A DNA stretch of 64,000 nt. Source: Raillietiella orientalis. Lineage: Eukaryota. The notes beneath the pieces were generated by a model, which saw only the letters and a program-made list of their open reading frames with translations, did no database searches and was not told the DNA's origin. Both the position numbers and the translations under genes were made by a program. Location of the stretch: positions 186,001 through 250,000 of the forward strand of contig JAYWIR010000039.1 in the NCBI GenBank assembly GCA_036172245.1, written 5' to 3'. Positions 39,912-52,179 of this stretch are shown here, in pieces (within the stretch, counting starts at the first letter, position 1; each line of letters starts with the position of its first letter).

Positions 39912-41950
39912 TCGGATTGACACACCTTTATTTCTTAAAAACAAAACTCTGACGTCGGTGGCAAGATGCGTGATCCTGCCAAGTGATAAAATGTACAGAA
40001 AGAACCTGCCGAGAACCGGCGGGCAGGCCGGCGAGGCTCGCCACGGCAGCACAGGGGCAGGGGAGACAAACGAAAAGAAAAAAAAAAATAAAGCAGAAAA
40101 TATACACTCGAAAAAATGGGGGGGGTTCGGAAAGGGATCACCAGGTGCTGGAGGGCGTCCTCTGCATCCTTGCAAGGATGTCCTCAAGTTCCTGTTTCGA
40201 GGCTCCCAGATGGGGCCACCCTGACGCTATCCTCATGAAGAGAACAGCAAAAGAGATGGCGTCCCTGTCGTTTGGGCGTCCGGCGTTGCTCCATGTAGCC
40301 ACGGTCCCGCTGCGTGGGCAGCAGAGCGCTGCTAGGGATGCGGCCGGCGTGAGGGCGTCGCGCAGGAAGGGACGCTTCAAAACACCTCCAGGGTTGCCTC
40401 GGGGATCAGCAGGGACGCGTTCCCCCATGGGGCGGAGGGCAACATGCTCCATGAGCAGGTGAGGGAGGGACTCTCTCTCGCCACACCTGCCGCAGTTGGG
40501 GCTCACCTCCTCCCTCGGGTCCGATGGTGCCAGCGGGCGCTGCACGGGAGGCCCAGTGCAACAGCAGGGTCGCTGACTCCTACCACTTTAAGGGGAGGGT
40601 GCAGGTGTCTATGAGCACCGGGGTCCACTGCACCTCCAGAATAGGAATTCTTAGCAGCTCTTCCCAGCGTAGCAGTCCTTTTGGTGGGAAACTCGGGGTC
40701 GCGGTGTCCTCCAGCTCTCGAGTTGTCCATGCACCCAAAATTTTTTTCCTGCTCCCTATCGTGCAGATCAATTCCCATACCGCTGACGGCTGGGGAGCAA
40801 TGGACAGTTGGCTGTCCATTGATCCCCTTAGGGAGGGCAGCACTGAAGCGGGCAGGATGCAGAGAGGGGATTGGACATTCGGAGGAAGCTGCGGAGACGC
40901 TCCTGCCAGCCCGGGAAGGCGCGATCTCCATATTCCAGACCTTGTGTGACGAGTGGCACATGGACATCCCCTGAGGGGAGGCGCCCACAACTCGGTAGCG
41001 GCGCGGGAAGCGCGTGATGACCGTTTGTGTGGAGGAGATGGCCGAATGACCATGGGCGAAGGGCTGTTGCCTCCTGCATCTGCCGCCGGACTGCTGCTGC
41101 TCTTCGCTCTGGCCGAGGTCTCCCTGTGGGAACGCGGGTGATACCAACGTTCCCTCGCCTAGGGCGGAATTCTTTCCCCTCCCGGCTGCAGCGATGGGAG
41201 TTTCGGGCACGCCGGCCGGCAGCATGGCAGCATCGCGCCAAGCCCTCCCGGGGACGGCAACGAAGCCGTCCCCCTTCCCCTCCTCCCTTCCCGTGGCGAG
41301 GCTTCATGTGGCAGTCCTGAGTGGCAGCGATGTCTCTCTTTCAAAATCTGGAGCGAACACAACTCCTGTCCTGCGTGGTTTCTTTCCGCCAGGTAGCGAA
41401 ACTCTCCGGGGCAAAAAAGGCACGATGGTCTTCCCGTTCACCTGGACCCTCTGGCGTTGCAGCTGGGATGCACGCGTCCTCCGAGCGATCAGGAAGCAGC
41501 TCCTTCCCGATCGACCCTGCTCACCGCCCCACTGTCAGGGGCGAGAGGTCAAAGGGTCGCTGAACTTTTTCCGTCCTTCCGCTCCGGAGCTGGCTCCCCG
41601 TCAGGGGGAGCATGGACAGCCGGACCGCTCCCTGAGCAGCGTGCGCCCACGACCTCGCTCTGTCACCGCAAGGGAGCCGGAGTTTCTCACCACGCGCGCC
41701 CTCCCTCGTCATCTCGAGGGTGGCTTCCAGGTGGGGGGGGAGTCCCCGGCGAAAAACGCAAGCCACGGGGAGAAGGAAGGGATTCCGGGCTGCTGCTTCC
41801 TAGTTATTTCAGGAGGGACAAGGCCTCCCGACACATCTCGGAGGAGCAGGCTGGAGGGGGCATGCGGGAAAGTCCGCGGCTGCTGCTTGGAGAGACTGCG
41901 AGGGTCCTGCCGGCCGAGAACCAAGGTTCCGTGAGACCTAGTGGCGTGGT
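39912..41950 (-). mobile_element. L1/Tx1-clade LINE, RT to 3' terminus; 3' 700 bp ~99% identical to 20951-21654
   Basis: EITRKQQPG (~41790), GVVFAPDFER (LDFEKAFD, ~41345), LGAWTTRELEDTATP..PKGLLRW, SPNCGRCGERESLPHLLME, AATAAA at 39927-39932. May extend to ~42830. Confidence 0.8.
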
Positions 41951-42976
41951 TTCGGAAAGAGGGAAGGCAGGAAGGTTCGTGAGCTTTGGTCCGGATCTTC
42001 TAGATGACGGCGCGAGAGAGGCGCACAAAAAATCCGTCTCCTCTTCCTTCACCTCCTCCCCAATCCTCGTCGCCTGCTCCAGGTCCCAGGCCTCTGGATC
42101 CCAAGAATAAAAAGAGACTTTTTTTTCCCCTTCCTTCCTTCTTTCTTTCCCTATCGCGAGCAGCGAGCACGGGGGAGGGGCTAATTATAGCACCTGCGAG
42201 CGAGCGCGTTGTTGCCCGGTCGCTATGGAAGCGCGCGCTTTCAGGCGGCAAGCCGGGGGAGTACAGAGGGCGCTTCGGGTCGGAACGCCCGTTGCTGACA
42301 AAGGTTCCCCTGTTCAGCCTGGCTCTTGCCGCGCCCGAGACAGCGGTCCCGGGGGAACAAGCAGACTCACTTGCGGCAGACCCTCCGTTGTCGGCGGCGG
42401 CACTTCCGAAGACTTGCGGACCAAGAGGGACGCCTCTCTTTCGCCACTCTCTGGGAAGGGGGGGAGATCCCTGCGGGGAGCTCGCACGGGGATCGATCCT
42501 GGCGCTCGATCACGTGGACGAAGATCCTCCAGATTTACACCGCCTCAGAAGTCCGGACACGAGGAGGTCGCGCCGGGGTCGCGTGCGCACCGCAGCGTGT
42601 CTCGGAAGCCCGGCACCTGCCGGAGGCTGGGAGTGCGGGGAGTGGCGTGACGTTTCAGGAGGGATGGCATGTACCGCCGAGAGACTCCTGCCCAGGCCTT
42701 CCGCGTAAGGGGTCCCTCATTGCCCCGGGGATTCCCATGCGACGCTTCCTGGTGCTCCCACAGGAGAATCAGGAAGTCCTCCAGAGAAGCCGCTTTGGGT
42801 GGCACCTTGAAGATAGCGCGATGGCTGGTTGAAGCCGGTGTCAGGCGCGAGATCGCCGCAGGACACCGCCCTCCTCCTTATTCCTGGGACGACGGGAGAC
42901 ACGACGATGATAATGATCCCACACGACGATGACAGTGTTGGTGATGAGGAGGCAGGCGTCGACGACTATGGAGTTG

Positions 42977-43660
42977 GTTTAACACCCGGGTGCTCTGGGG
43001 CATTGATTTTAAAAACAAACAAACATGTGTAGGTCCATCATCCCTGCAACGTCTGAAAGAGTTCGGAATCTGCCGAGTAACTGGCATGCAGGCCGGCGAG
43101 ATTCGTCTCGGCAGCAGGGAGGAAGGAAACAAACAAAAGAAAAAGAAACATTCTATTTACAAAAAATAATGGGAGGGTAGGGAATGGATCACATTCCGCT
43201 GGAAGACATCCTCTGCACCCTTTCCAGGATGCCGGCAATTTCCATCCGAATATGCCCCGGGAAGCGCAGGGCGAAGCAGATGGCGTCCCTATCTTGCCAT
43301 CCATCTCTGGCGTAGCTCCAGGCAGCCACAATCCCACAGTGCTGCTAGGGCTGCGGCAGGCAAAAGAGCATCGCGCACGGCGAGACGCTTGGAAACGTCT
43401 CTGGGGTGGTCCGTTTGTGCACCTAGGGCCGTTGCCTAACGCAACCACAGGGACCGAGGGCAACACAGTCAACGAGCAGTGCGGGAGGGATTACCGCTCC
43501 CCGCACCTGCAGCAGTTTGGGTCCACAGCCCCCCAGACCCAGTGAGGGAGGCTGGCGCTGCATCGGAGACCCAGTGCAACAGCAGAAGTGCCGACTCCTG
43601 CCACGTCAAGGGAAGGGTCCAGGTGTTCCTCAGCGCTGGGGCCACTCGAGGTCTTCCTGT
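42977..43660 (-). mobile_element. 5'-truncated L1/Tx1-clade LINE tail
   Basis: TWTLPLTWQESALLLLHWG..VDPNCCRCGER*SLPH, then C-terminus and 3'UTR; terminus AATCAATGCCCCAGAGCACCCGGGTGTTAAA. Confidence 0.8.
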
Positions 43661-43689
43661 GAGATTCCCAGTAGCTCGCCCACCATGGC

Positions 43690-43920
43690 GGTGGTAATGA
43701 CCATCACGATGACAACGGCAATGCTGATGGCGAAGGCGACGCCGAAGCCGACTATGTTCTGGTTGCGGTGATGACGACGTCTCCATGACGAGGAAGACGG
43801 TGATGACATCAAGTGATGATGGTGGTTACTAAGACAGGTGAGGACGCTAAACATCGAAATGACGACGATCAGGACAATCGCGGTGACGATGACGACGGGA
43901 CCGCAGCAATGATGGCGGCT
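43690..43920 (+). repeat. Degenerate (GAY/GRY)n trinucleotide-rich low-complexity tract
   Basis: gatgacaacggcaatgctgatggcgaaggcgacg...gatgacgacg...gatgatggtgg...gacgatgacgacg. A similar tract lies at ~42889-42968. Confidence 0.7.
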
Positions 43921-44699
43921 TCTATGGGCAGGAGGAGGACGCCCGCAGCTGCATAATCCCGGAAGCTTCCCGTCGCCGTCTTGTTCGCTTCCCGAACCCC
44001 CATGTAGGGAGGGGTGAACGGTGACAGCGGCCTTCACACGGCCTTTCGAGACGAGTCAACCTCCCCCTCCCCTCCCGGGTCGGGGGAAGAAAGGAAGAGG
44101 AGGGAAGACACTCCAGCTCGACCTTTCCGGGAATACGCGCGGTGCGACCGGCCCTGGGATCTCCGTGCTACTTCCTCTTGAATGTGGAACGGCGGCCAGG
44201 GTCCAGAAACCCCGGTACAAATTCTCCTCGAGCCTCAGGGTGGTCTGAACGCCGCTTTGCTCCTCACTTGGTGTCCCCCGTGCTGCTTCCGGCAGATCGA
44301 CGCGCCGCGCGATCTGCCGGAGAGAAGCGCCGGAAGCGACGGTGGCGAGGACCAGAAGCACGGAATCCAGAACGAAAGCGCGGCGTTCCCGACTCATCTC
44401 GAGTGCTCAGGCGAGGGCAGGTGCCACTATCTAGCGTAGCAGCATTCACAGTAGCGGCCGAGGCAGGTCGGTCCGGGTGACAGACAGAGCTTTTCTTCAA
44501 CCATCAAGAGGTCGAGTTGGCATTCAGAGCAGGGTTATGGGGCATCGGTCGTCTTGGACATCGTTCAGCCAAGCTGCATGCTGCGTGAAGAATCCCTGGA
44601 ACACGCAACCTCAGTCTCTGCACGAGCAGACAAACCAGGACCAGGAGAAGACATGAGCGACGGATACACTCTCAACACTGAAAGCTGGTGGCCTCCGAC

Positions 44700-46430
44700 C
44701 AGCCTGTCCAAGGGATCAGATTCCGGGATCAGGCTAGCTCTAGGGTTCCGGGGAGCAGTAAGAGTGGTCATGCTGGACTTCCCTTTCCCCCATGAGTGCT
44801 GAGCAGCAGTCCCGGAAGATGCAGACGATCTCGCTGGGCGACTTTTCTTGAGCAGGCGGGAGCCTTTTGGTCCCGTTCTTCGCCAGGAGTGTGGCGATGG
44901 CCTTCCGCCGTTGATGCCCAAGCTGCGGCTCGCAGCATAATATCATGATGCCGGCAGGAGGACGAGGAGGCACGTGGTCGCTTCCGAGCAGCACTCGGCC
45001 CCCGGCACCATCGAGGGAACGACAATATCGATTCCAGGCCTGTAGCAATCTAAGGGTCTCAACTGAGACCCGGGATGTCGGCGCTCGTTGCACTGGCAAA
45101 TCCCAGTGTCAAAAGAGTTGCAATCTTTGTGCTGCCACCACCTGCGGGGGACCACAGAATGTCCAAGCACGAGGTGACCCGGGATAGAAGTTTTTTTTCC
45201 TCTCTCCTAGGCTCTCGCCTCACATTCGGTGCGAACACTCTGGTTTGCGGATTGCAGAGTGGCTGATGTGGCGCGACTTGACCTTCTCCACCTGCAAAGA
45301 GTCCCCCGCAATGGATGTATGGCTCTGACTTACTCTTTAGCTGGTTCACTACTCAGGCCAGATACATTCTCTTAGCAACAGACTCACCGTAGCCTAAAAT
45401 CCACGGCTCGAGCGAGATGGAGTACTCCTGCCTCCGGAAAGGGAGGTACGCTCGACAGCCCCTGCAGGAGATCGTGCGAAACCCACGCAAGCTGCTGTGG
45501 ATCTTGTTCACCCCCCCTGCCGTAGTTCTGACCTCCCTTAAAAACGCTAGGGACAGCAATTAACCGGCAGTGCGGGAAGTGTTCTTCCGTATCCAAGGCA
45601 GGAAAAAACTTTTTAAGCGCGTGCACAACTCGGCACCTAGCGGACGCTGCGACCCCAATGCCCCGCCGAAAGGACTGCTACGCTGGAGCAAGCTGCTCGA
45701 GATACCTCCGGAGGAAGCGAAGTGGCCTCCAGCGTGTTGGGACAGTGGCACCCTCCCCGTCACATGGCAAGAGGTGGCGTTGCTGCTGTTGCATTGGGGA
45801 TTCCCATGCAGAGCACGCCTCCATCATTAGACATGGGGGAGTGTGGATGCCCGTTGCGAAAGTTGCGGCGAGAAAGACTTTGCCGCACCTTCTGCTGGAC
45901 TGTCACATTTTGACACTTCTGGGATCGCCTATCGACGATCCTGGGAATCCCAGAGGGCGGCCCCAGGTATGGCGTCTGTTCGTCCGTTACGACCTTCTGC
46001 CAGCCTCGTCCTAGCAGTTCTCTGCTGCATCTGCGGAATCGTGGCAACTGGAACGCGAGAAGAAACCAGAATGGCAGGGACGCCATCCACTGGGCGCGGT
46101 TCTTTCTGAAGAGCTCATCGAGATGGCCCCACTTGGGAAATAAAAGACTACAACTTGTCAGCGTCCTGGAAAAGATTCAGAGGACGTAGCCAGGCGACCA
46201 GTGATCCACCGCCCTGCCCTTCCCTCCCCAAGAAACATCTCCCACCCATCTATCTGTCTCTTTTTGTTTGTTTGTTTTTGTTTGTGGTCTTCCCTCCCCT
46301 TCGCCGCGGAAACGGGCCTCTCCGGTCTACTGACCGATGACCGACAAGTTGGACTGAACCACTTGGTTCACCACGGCATAACTATTGTGTTATGTTCATA
46401 ATAAATGCTCCGGCAAATCCGGGTGATAAA
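44700..46430 (+). mobile_element. L1/Tx1-clade LINE, internally deleted RT to 3' terminus
   Basis: VVMLDF (~44770), RLTFGANTLV (~45225), PKGLLRWSKLLEIPPEEAKWP..WDSGTLPVTWQEVALLLLHWGFPCRAR..DARCESCGEK/TLPHLLLDC; terminus AATAAATGCTCCGGCAAATCCGGGTGATAAA. Confidence 0.85.
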
Positions 46431-47853
46431 CCATAGCCTAAAAGAAAAGCATATTCAATGACTCGCTGTCCCTTTGTTCTGATGGACTTTGTAAAGGCCA
46501 CACGTTCTCTAGTTCAACGGGAATCAGCTTCACCTGATGCTGCCCATTCTGGTTCCATGCAACTCTCACTTACTAAAGGTGGTCTCCATTCTCTGTTGAT
46601 TCTTCTTGCAGCGTAGAAAGGGATTCGAACCATCCACGTACGCATGAGAAACCCGACACCTCCCACCTTCGCATAGCATTCTGGATAACTTTTCATCTCT
46701 GCCCTCCTTGATAGGAAGCCACAGCAGTAACGTGCTGGAACACTGTCTGAACGTGGGCATTTGAATCAAACTGTAAATCTCCTTCGGTTCTATGCAGAGG
46801 ATGGTTATGATCATGTTGAGAGAAGTCTCTTTCGAATAGCTCGGGGCATCTGTCACGATTTATCTGACTAAAGAAGCTTTCGAATATTCCAGAACATCTG
46901 TTGCAACGTCCCTTTGCGGCATGCGTTGCATTTTTCATGAAGATCTCACCTTTCGCTGCCTCCTGGTCTTGATTCATCTTCAGGTACCGATTTTATTTAT
47001 TTCAGGAGAATTCTACTGCCACCGCGTTTTTCCTACTTATTTTTCCTTCCTTACTACTACTTTCACTCTCTCGAATTCTCCTCCTCTCCTAATGCAAAGC
47101 TCCTCATGCCCTCTTCTGAACAGCACCTACATGCCATCCTGAATCTGTCTGCTCTGGTAAAAGGATTATCCGAATCACTCAGCAGCATAATGGACTTTTT
47201 GTCTGCCACCTGCCTGTTGAGCCTACCTCCACACCAAGCCACCTACTGCTTCCGGTCATCCGTCAGACAACACTTGTACAAGCAACCGTGTCCTTTACCC
47301 TCAGCTTTTCTAAGTAAACTCCAGTTTGCATAGCACCAACGTTCTTTTCGGAGAAGTGTAGGTGCCCCATGACCTATTTGATGGGTGAAAATAAAACTCC
47401 GGAAATTTCTTCACGTTGCGCAATCACCTACTCTTAAATGAATGGGGGGGGGGGATATATATGTACCCTAAACCCTCTCGCATAGCATTAAAAAAAAACG
47501 AGCCCCTGCTACATTTTTTAGACATGCGATTTCATCTTTAAAACGTGTGGATCACTACGATTTTAGGGAATGATTTTTAGTTTAGAGCAATGTTTGACAA
47601 GTTGCTGTCTCTTAACAGGAGCAATAAAAAATCTGCTTGTTTGCTCACCTTGTTTTTGGATTCTCTTTTTTCCATAATTTTATCCCGAACTCTTTTTTTT
47701 ATTATTTTTTTTATCCCTGTTCGCCATCAATTTGGTAGACTTTAAGTGATGAAACCATTTCCGGCACCCAAAAAGCAGCCAGCGTGGCAACCGTTTTGTT
47801 TGTTTGTTTTTATTTGCAACCTTTTTTGGAATCAGTAGGCGCCGTCGAGCTTC

Positions 47854-47879
47854 TTTTTTTTTTTTTTTTTTTTTTTTTT
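47854..47879. repeat. Poly-T tract (26 nt)
   Basis: Seen directly. Confidence 0.9.
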
Positions 47880-48536
47880 CCGAGGCAACTCCACCATGCC
47901 TTTTGAAACCCGGTCTTGCCGCATGACAACCGATGCGCCCAACTTCCTCTCAAGAGATTCACGTTTTCATCTCTATAGCCCTATTTTTACGCACGCGTTC
48001 TCTCTTCCAGCGCACGCGCCGTCTGCTCGCCACTCAGGAAAGCAAGTGGGTACATCTTTCGGGACATCATAGAAAGCACGCCCTTCCTGGAAGTTAGAAG
48101 TCCTGAAACTTCAACGTGCTTATGGAAGAATGGACTGCGTTTGGGTCGTCTGTAGGGCGAAATTGAGTCCTTTCCCTTCCACAAAAATCATCGCTTCATT
48201 TTAGAGATCGTTTCGGATGTGGTTCTCATTACAGCGGGATGTGCTTTCAGACTACACGCTGCCTGCGTCCTTAGGGTGTGTTTCTGGATGTACAACAAAA
48301 CACGACTAGAGGTGCTGCTTGGGATGGTCAATAAGAATAAGACATGAAGGTATGCGCACCATCAGCTAGGCGGAGTCAGCGCACTAAAAAAGAAGAGTCC
48401 GCCGCTGGATTGGCTAAGAGAAAAAAGGATGAAACGCTGGAATTGGAAGGCAACAGCTTTAGTGCAAAGCAGAGAACAGGGTCAGGCCGGGAGAATCTCT
48501 ATTAATGCACATGTGGAGCCCTCAACCAGGCACTGG

Positions 48537-49790
48537 TCGCAGAAAGGCACAAGAACCCGGTGACCCCGGTCAAGAGGGCTATCCCGGGACACCCAGAGTC
48601 GATTGCCTCCAGCCATCCCATGCAAGACGGCGGCAAACTCGGAACGGAGTTCAGCCCTGGAGCTCCAGGCCGCCGAGAGGGTGGTCACACTGGACCTGCC
48701 TCTCTCCCGCTACTGCTCGGCGGCGTCTCCGGAAGAGGAGAGGCCCAAGAGGAGGAGGCAGACCCGGCGTCGAGGAGTGGCCGTCCCATTCGCCTCTGAG
48801 GAAGCGCCCGCAACGCTGGGGGAGTCCGCCGTGGGTTTTCCCTTCTTTTCTTTTGATTCCCAAAGTGCTGAAGAACCGTTCGCCTCTTTGCGAGGAGCCC
48901 ACGAAGGTCTTTGACGAGGTCAAAGGGTTCTTCGTGTTCACTCTGCAAGTTGTAGGTGATGACTCCGGAGGGACCACCCTGTGAATCCGGAAAGGCTCCG
49001 GAGGAAGGATTCTGCTCCTCTTGCGCTTGGTAGGGTACCCCGAAGAAATCCACTTCCTTATTCTCTCCGGAGGGACCCCCCGGAAAGAGTCCGCTCCTAG
49101 TTCCCTCCTCGGAAGAGAACCTCGAAAGGACGCTCCCCGATTTCTCTCTGAAGAGGCCACTTCCCGAAGGGAGCAGCGTGCTTCTTCACACGCTGAAGAG
49201 GCGTCAACCAATCAGCTCCATCGAAAATGAGGAGAAAATGGAGGGTGGGTCAGGGTCGTCCCCTGACCCACCCTCCACTTTCACAACCGGGTGGGAACCC
49301 AGAAGAGCTCCTCGATTCCTGGGAGGACCCCGGAGGATCAACTTCCGATCCCGATCAGTCAACGGGGAGCATCCGACTTCTACCAGTGCCGTGCCCACCG
49401 AGGGCAGCCAGCGCCACCCTGCGTGGGGGACTCGAAACCCGCGACGCGCCTCCCCGTTGTCGTCGTCGATGCCTCGTTCCGGGCGGGATTCGAATTCGCG
49501 ACGCGTGGCGCCACGTGCACGGAGGCCGCCGCAGCCACGTGGACACCAGCCCAGGTTCGTGGGCTTTCCATCCCTCCAGCCTCCCGACCGGCGGAGCACC
49601 GAGAGCGTTGCCGCGGAAACAGGGCGGACCGCACCACGAAGGCAGCGGCGTGCTCGAACATTCGATGCTCCCGGGGTGCACATCAGAAAGCGCTCGGGAT
49701 GGGTCACCGCCCGTCGTGAAAGAACCCGCAGTCTCGTGATTGGGACGAGCCGAAGACAATGGAAGTTCGGTGGATCTTCATCTTCGCAGG
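48537..49790 (-). repeat. Copy 1 of a ~1.25-kb near-identical direct repeat (5' head of a LINE: putative 5'UTR/ORF1/EN start)
   Basis: Matches 55666-56922 at offset 7129, and the ORF-track proteins are identical. Differences noticed: one C/T (49746/56875) and a 3-nt indel near the right end. Confidence 0.95.
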
Positions 49791-49929
49791 CTCTTCTTCT
49801 TTTGTTAGTTCTTCTCTCTCCGTCTCACATGATTGTGAGCAACAAAGTATGAATCACGTAGGAAGGCAGCAAGAAGTGAGCAGAGCTGTCGAGACGTTGG
49901 AAAGGACAGTCTGTTTGCACGAGTGGTCT

Positions 49930-50612
49930 TTCGGTATCCCTCCAAGTTACCAAAGTCCTTCGTGTTCCTGGAAAAGCACCTGACGGTTTGTCCGAGCTGT
50001 CCGGTGCGTTTCCTCCCCCTCTGAGGAAGAGGTCTGCACCTGCTTGTGGACTGTTGCCCTCCGGTTCCATGGGGATGTTTTGGAACGGCTCTCCGGATCC
50101 CGGTTGACATCCCCGGGGACGTTTCACGGCTCCTCTTTGTGCGGGACTCCCTGCGGCCAGCCACAGCCCCCACAGCTCCTCCTCGCTGCACCGCGGGTTC
50201 GTGGCGGACTGGGGAGAAACCGAAGGAAGAAAATTAAACACCGGGACACAAATTAAATTAAAGACAAGAGGGACGCCATCGAGTGTGCACTTCCGCTTCT
50301 TGCGGATAGCGGCCGGATGGCCACTCCTGGGACCTATTCGGACGGTCATCCTGGAAAGGATGCAGAAGGCTCCCTCAAGTGAGCAGTGGTCCCTTCCTGA
50401 CCCTCCCAAAGATTTTTATTCATTTTTATTTACTCTTTCTTTTTCTTTTCGTTTTCTCCCCTCTCCCTCCGCTGTCTAGGTCAGCCCCGCCGGTCTGTGT
50501 ACCGATGACCAGATCTCTGGACAAACGGAGTGTGGTAGGACTATGCGTTCTACCCCAATATATGAGGTCATTTGAAATTTTAATAAACTCCCCGGCGCGT
50601 CCAGGTGCAAAT
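49930..50612 (+). mobile_element. 5'-truncated L1/Tx1-clade LINE tail
   Basis: LHLLVDC (~50040), FLRIAAGWPLLG..ILERMQKAPSS C-terminus, T-rich UTR; terminus AATAAACTCCCCGGCGCGTCCAGGTGCAAA. Confidence 0.75.
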
Positions 50613-52179
50613 CGGAAGAAGAGGACGGCCTCGAAGATGCATCTACGCCGCTCAGAGAGTCTCCCCGCCAAAGGCGCAGGAAGCCACCACACCCACCAGC
50701 ATCCCGGGGATCCTGAAGCAAGACTCGCCGACGTCTGGCAGCAGCATCGTCGTCTCAGACCGCCGGCTTAGGAGCGAAGGAGGGCTGTTAAAGCAGAGGG
50801 AGATGTCTTCGGCAGTGGTGGCCACTCCCGGTCGAGACCCCAAGCAGACCGAGAAGGCAGGCGTCCCGTCCCTGTGAGTCTTTGCGTACGAGGTCTCGTC
50901 CTCCTTCTAGGATAGCTGGATCCGAGGCTGAGCACTCAGGACTCGGGATGGCCGGAGGCAAGGCGCTTCACGGATTGCCGTAAGTGTCCTTGGACTGTGG
51001 GGAGCGGGCGTTCTGCTGGGCTGCACCTGCAGCTGCCTGGAGCGGGTCCTCCGGGAGGCATCTCTCAGAGCTTCCAGGAGTCTTTCCGGCACGCAAGAGA
51101 TCCCCCCCACAGCAGCCAAGATGCTGAAAACCGCGGATGCAATAAGGGTGGTCGTGTACGTGAGGGCCGGATCTTTCCATCCGGGCAGCTCCGATGGAGG
51201 CAGCTCGGCTCCCGCCGTGGAGTCCTTCAGCCCGATGAGACGCCGCCGCTTTTCGATCAGCCCAAGGGAAGAGTCCATGAGGGAAGGGGCATCGACCGCG
51301 CTCCCTGGGGAAGTGGGGGCGCCAGCTGGCTCGGGAGCGCGCTCGCTCGCTCGCTAGAGACGGCCGCTGCCGGAGGCGTGTGCGCGAGCAGAAGAGGCGC
51401 GGAGGGGAGCCTGCGAGAGCTCCGCCGCCGCCGAGACTTAGCGCCGAGCTCGAGCGACCCGCGGCGCCGGGAGGGGAGATTCTTCTCTCCCGCTTCCGGA
51501 AGCGTCAGCGACCACCTTCGTGAAAGGTCGCTCGCTCCCGCGGCGCTCCTCCCCGGCGGAGCGCCGCCGCCGATGCGCCGTCCGGTTGACTCATCCTCGC
51601 CCGCACCTCGCGACGGCTGCAGCAGACTCCCGGGGAGAGCAGCCGGATCTTCGAGCAACGCAGGGTGCACTGGTGCCTCAGGAGAGTTCCCGCGAGCGGG
51701 ACGGGGGAGATCCTCGAACCCTCCGGCGGGCAACCGGGGAAGGCGCTCCAGAGAGCCTTTTCTCGAACGCGCGTGGCTCGGCGTCGCCTGCCACGAGGTC
51801 GCGGTGGCAAGGAGCTACGCTGAAAGGGGCCCAGCGACGAACAGAGACGCGTCGCTGGGATCAGGGTGGCGAAGGAGACGGTTTCCCCTTCGCGAGGATG
51901 GTGGCAGGATGGCCGCAGCTATGGCATTAGAAGGTGGAACTTGCCAGAATCTCGGACGGGCTTCTGAAGACGCCAGGGAGACCACTGCGATCTCCGCTCC
52001 TCCCTGCAGTCTTGAAAAAGCATTTTTATTTTATTTTGTTTCCTCCCTCCCCCCCTCCCTTCCTCTCCCACACTCTCCTCAAGCCACCGCAGAATGCACT
52101 ACTTCGATACCTACATCAAGTCCGGCGTTCCCGGGATGCCTGCCACGTGCGTGCAAGAGAAACCTACCCACCGGTTACC

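Noticed and set aside
46615..46680. B-box-like GGTTCGAATCC on the minus strand (tRNA or SINE?)
   Set aside because: The T-stem is imperfect, the A-box is weak, and I could not build a cloverleaf.
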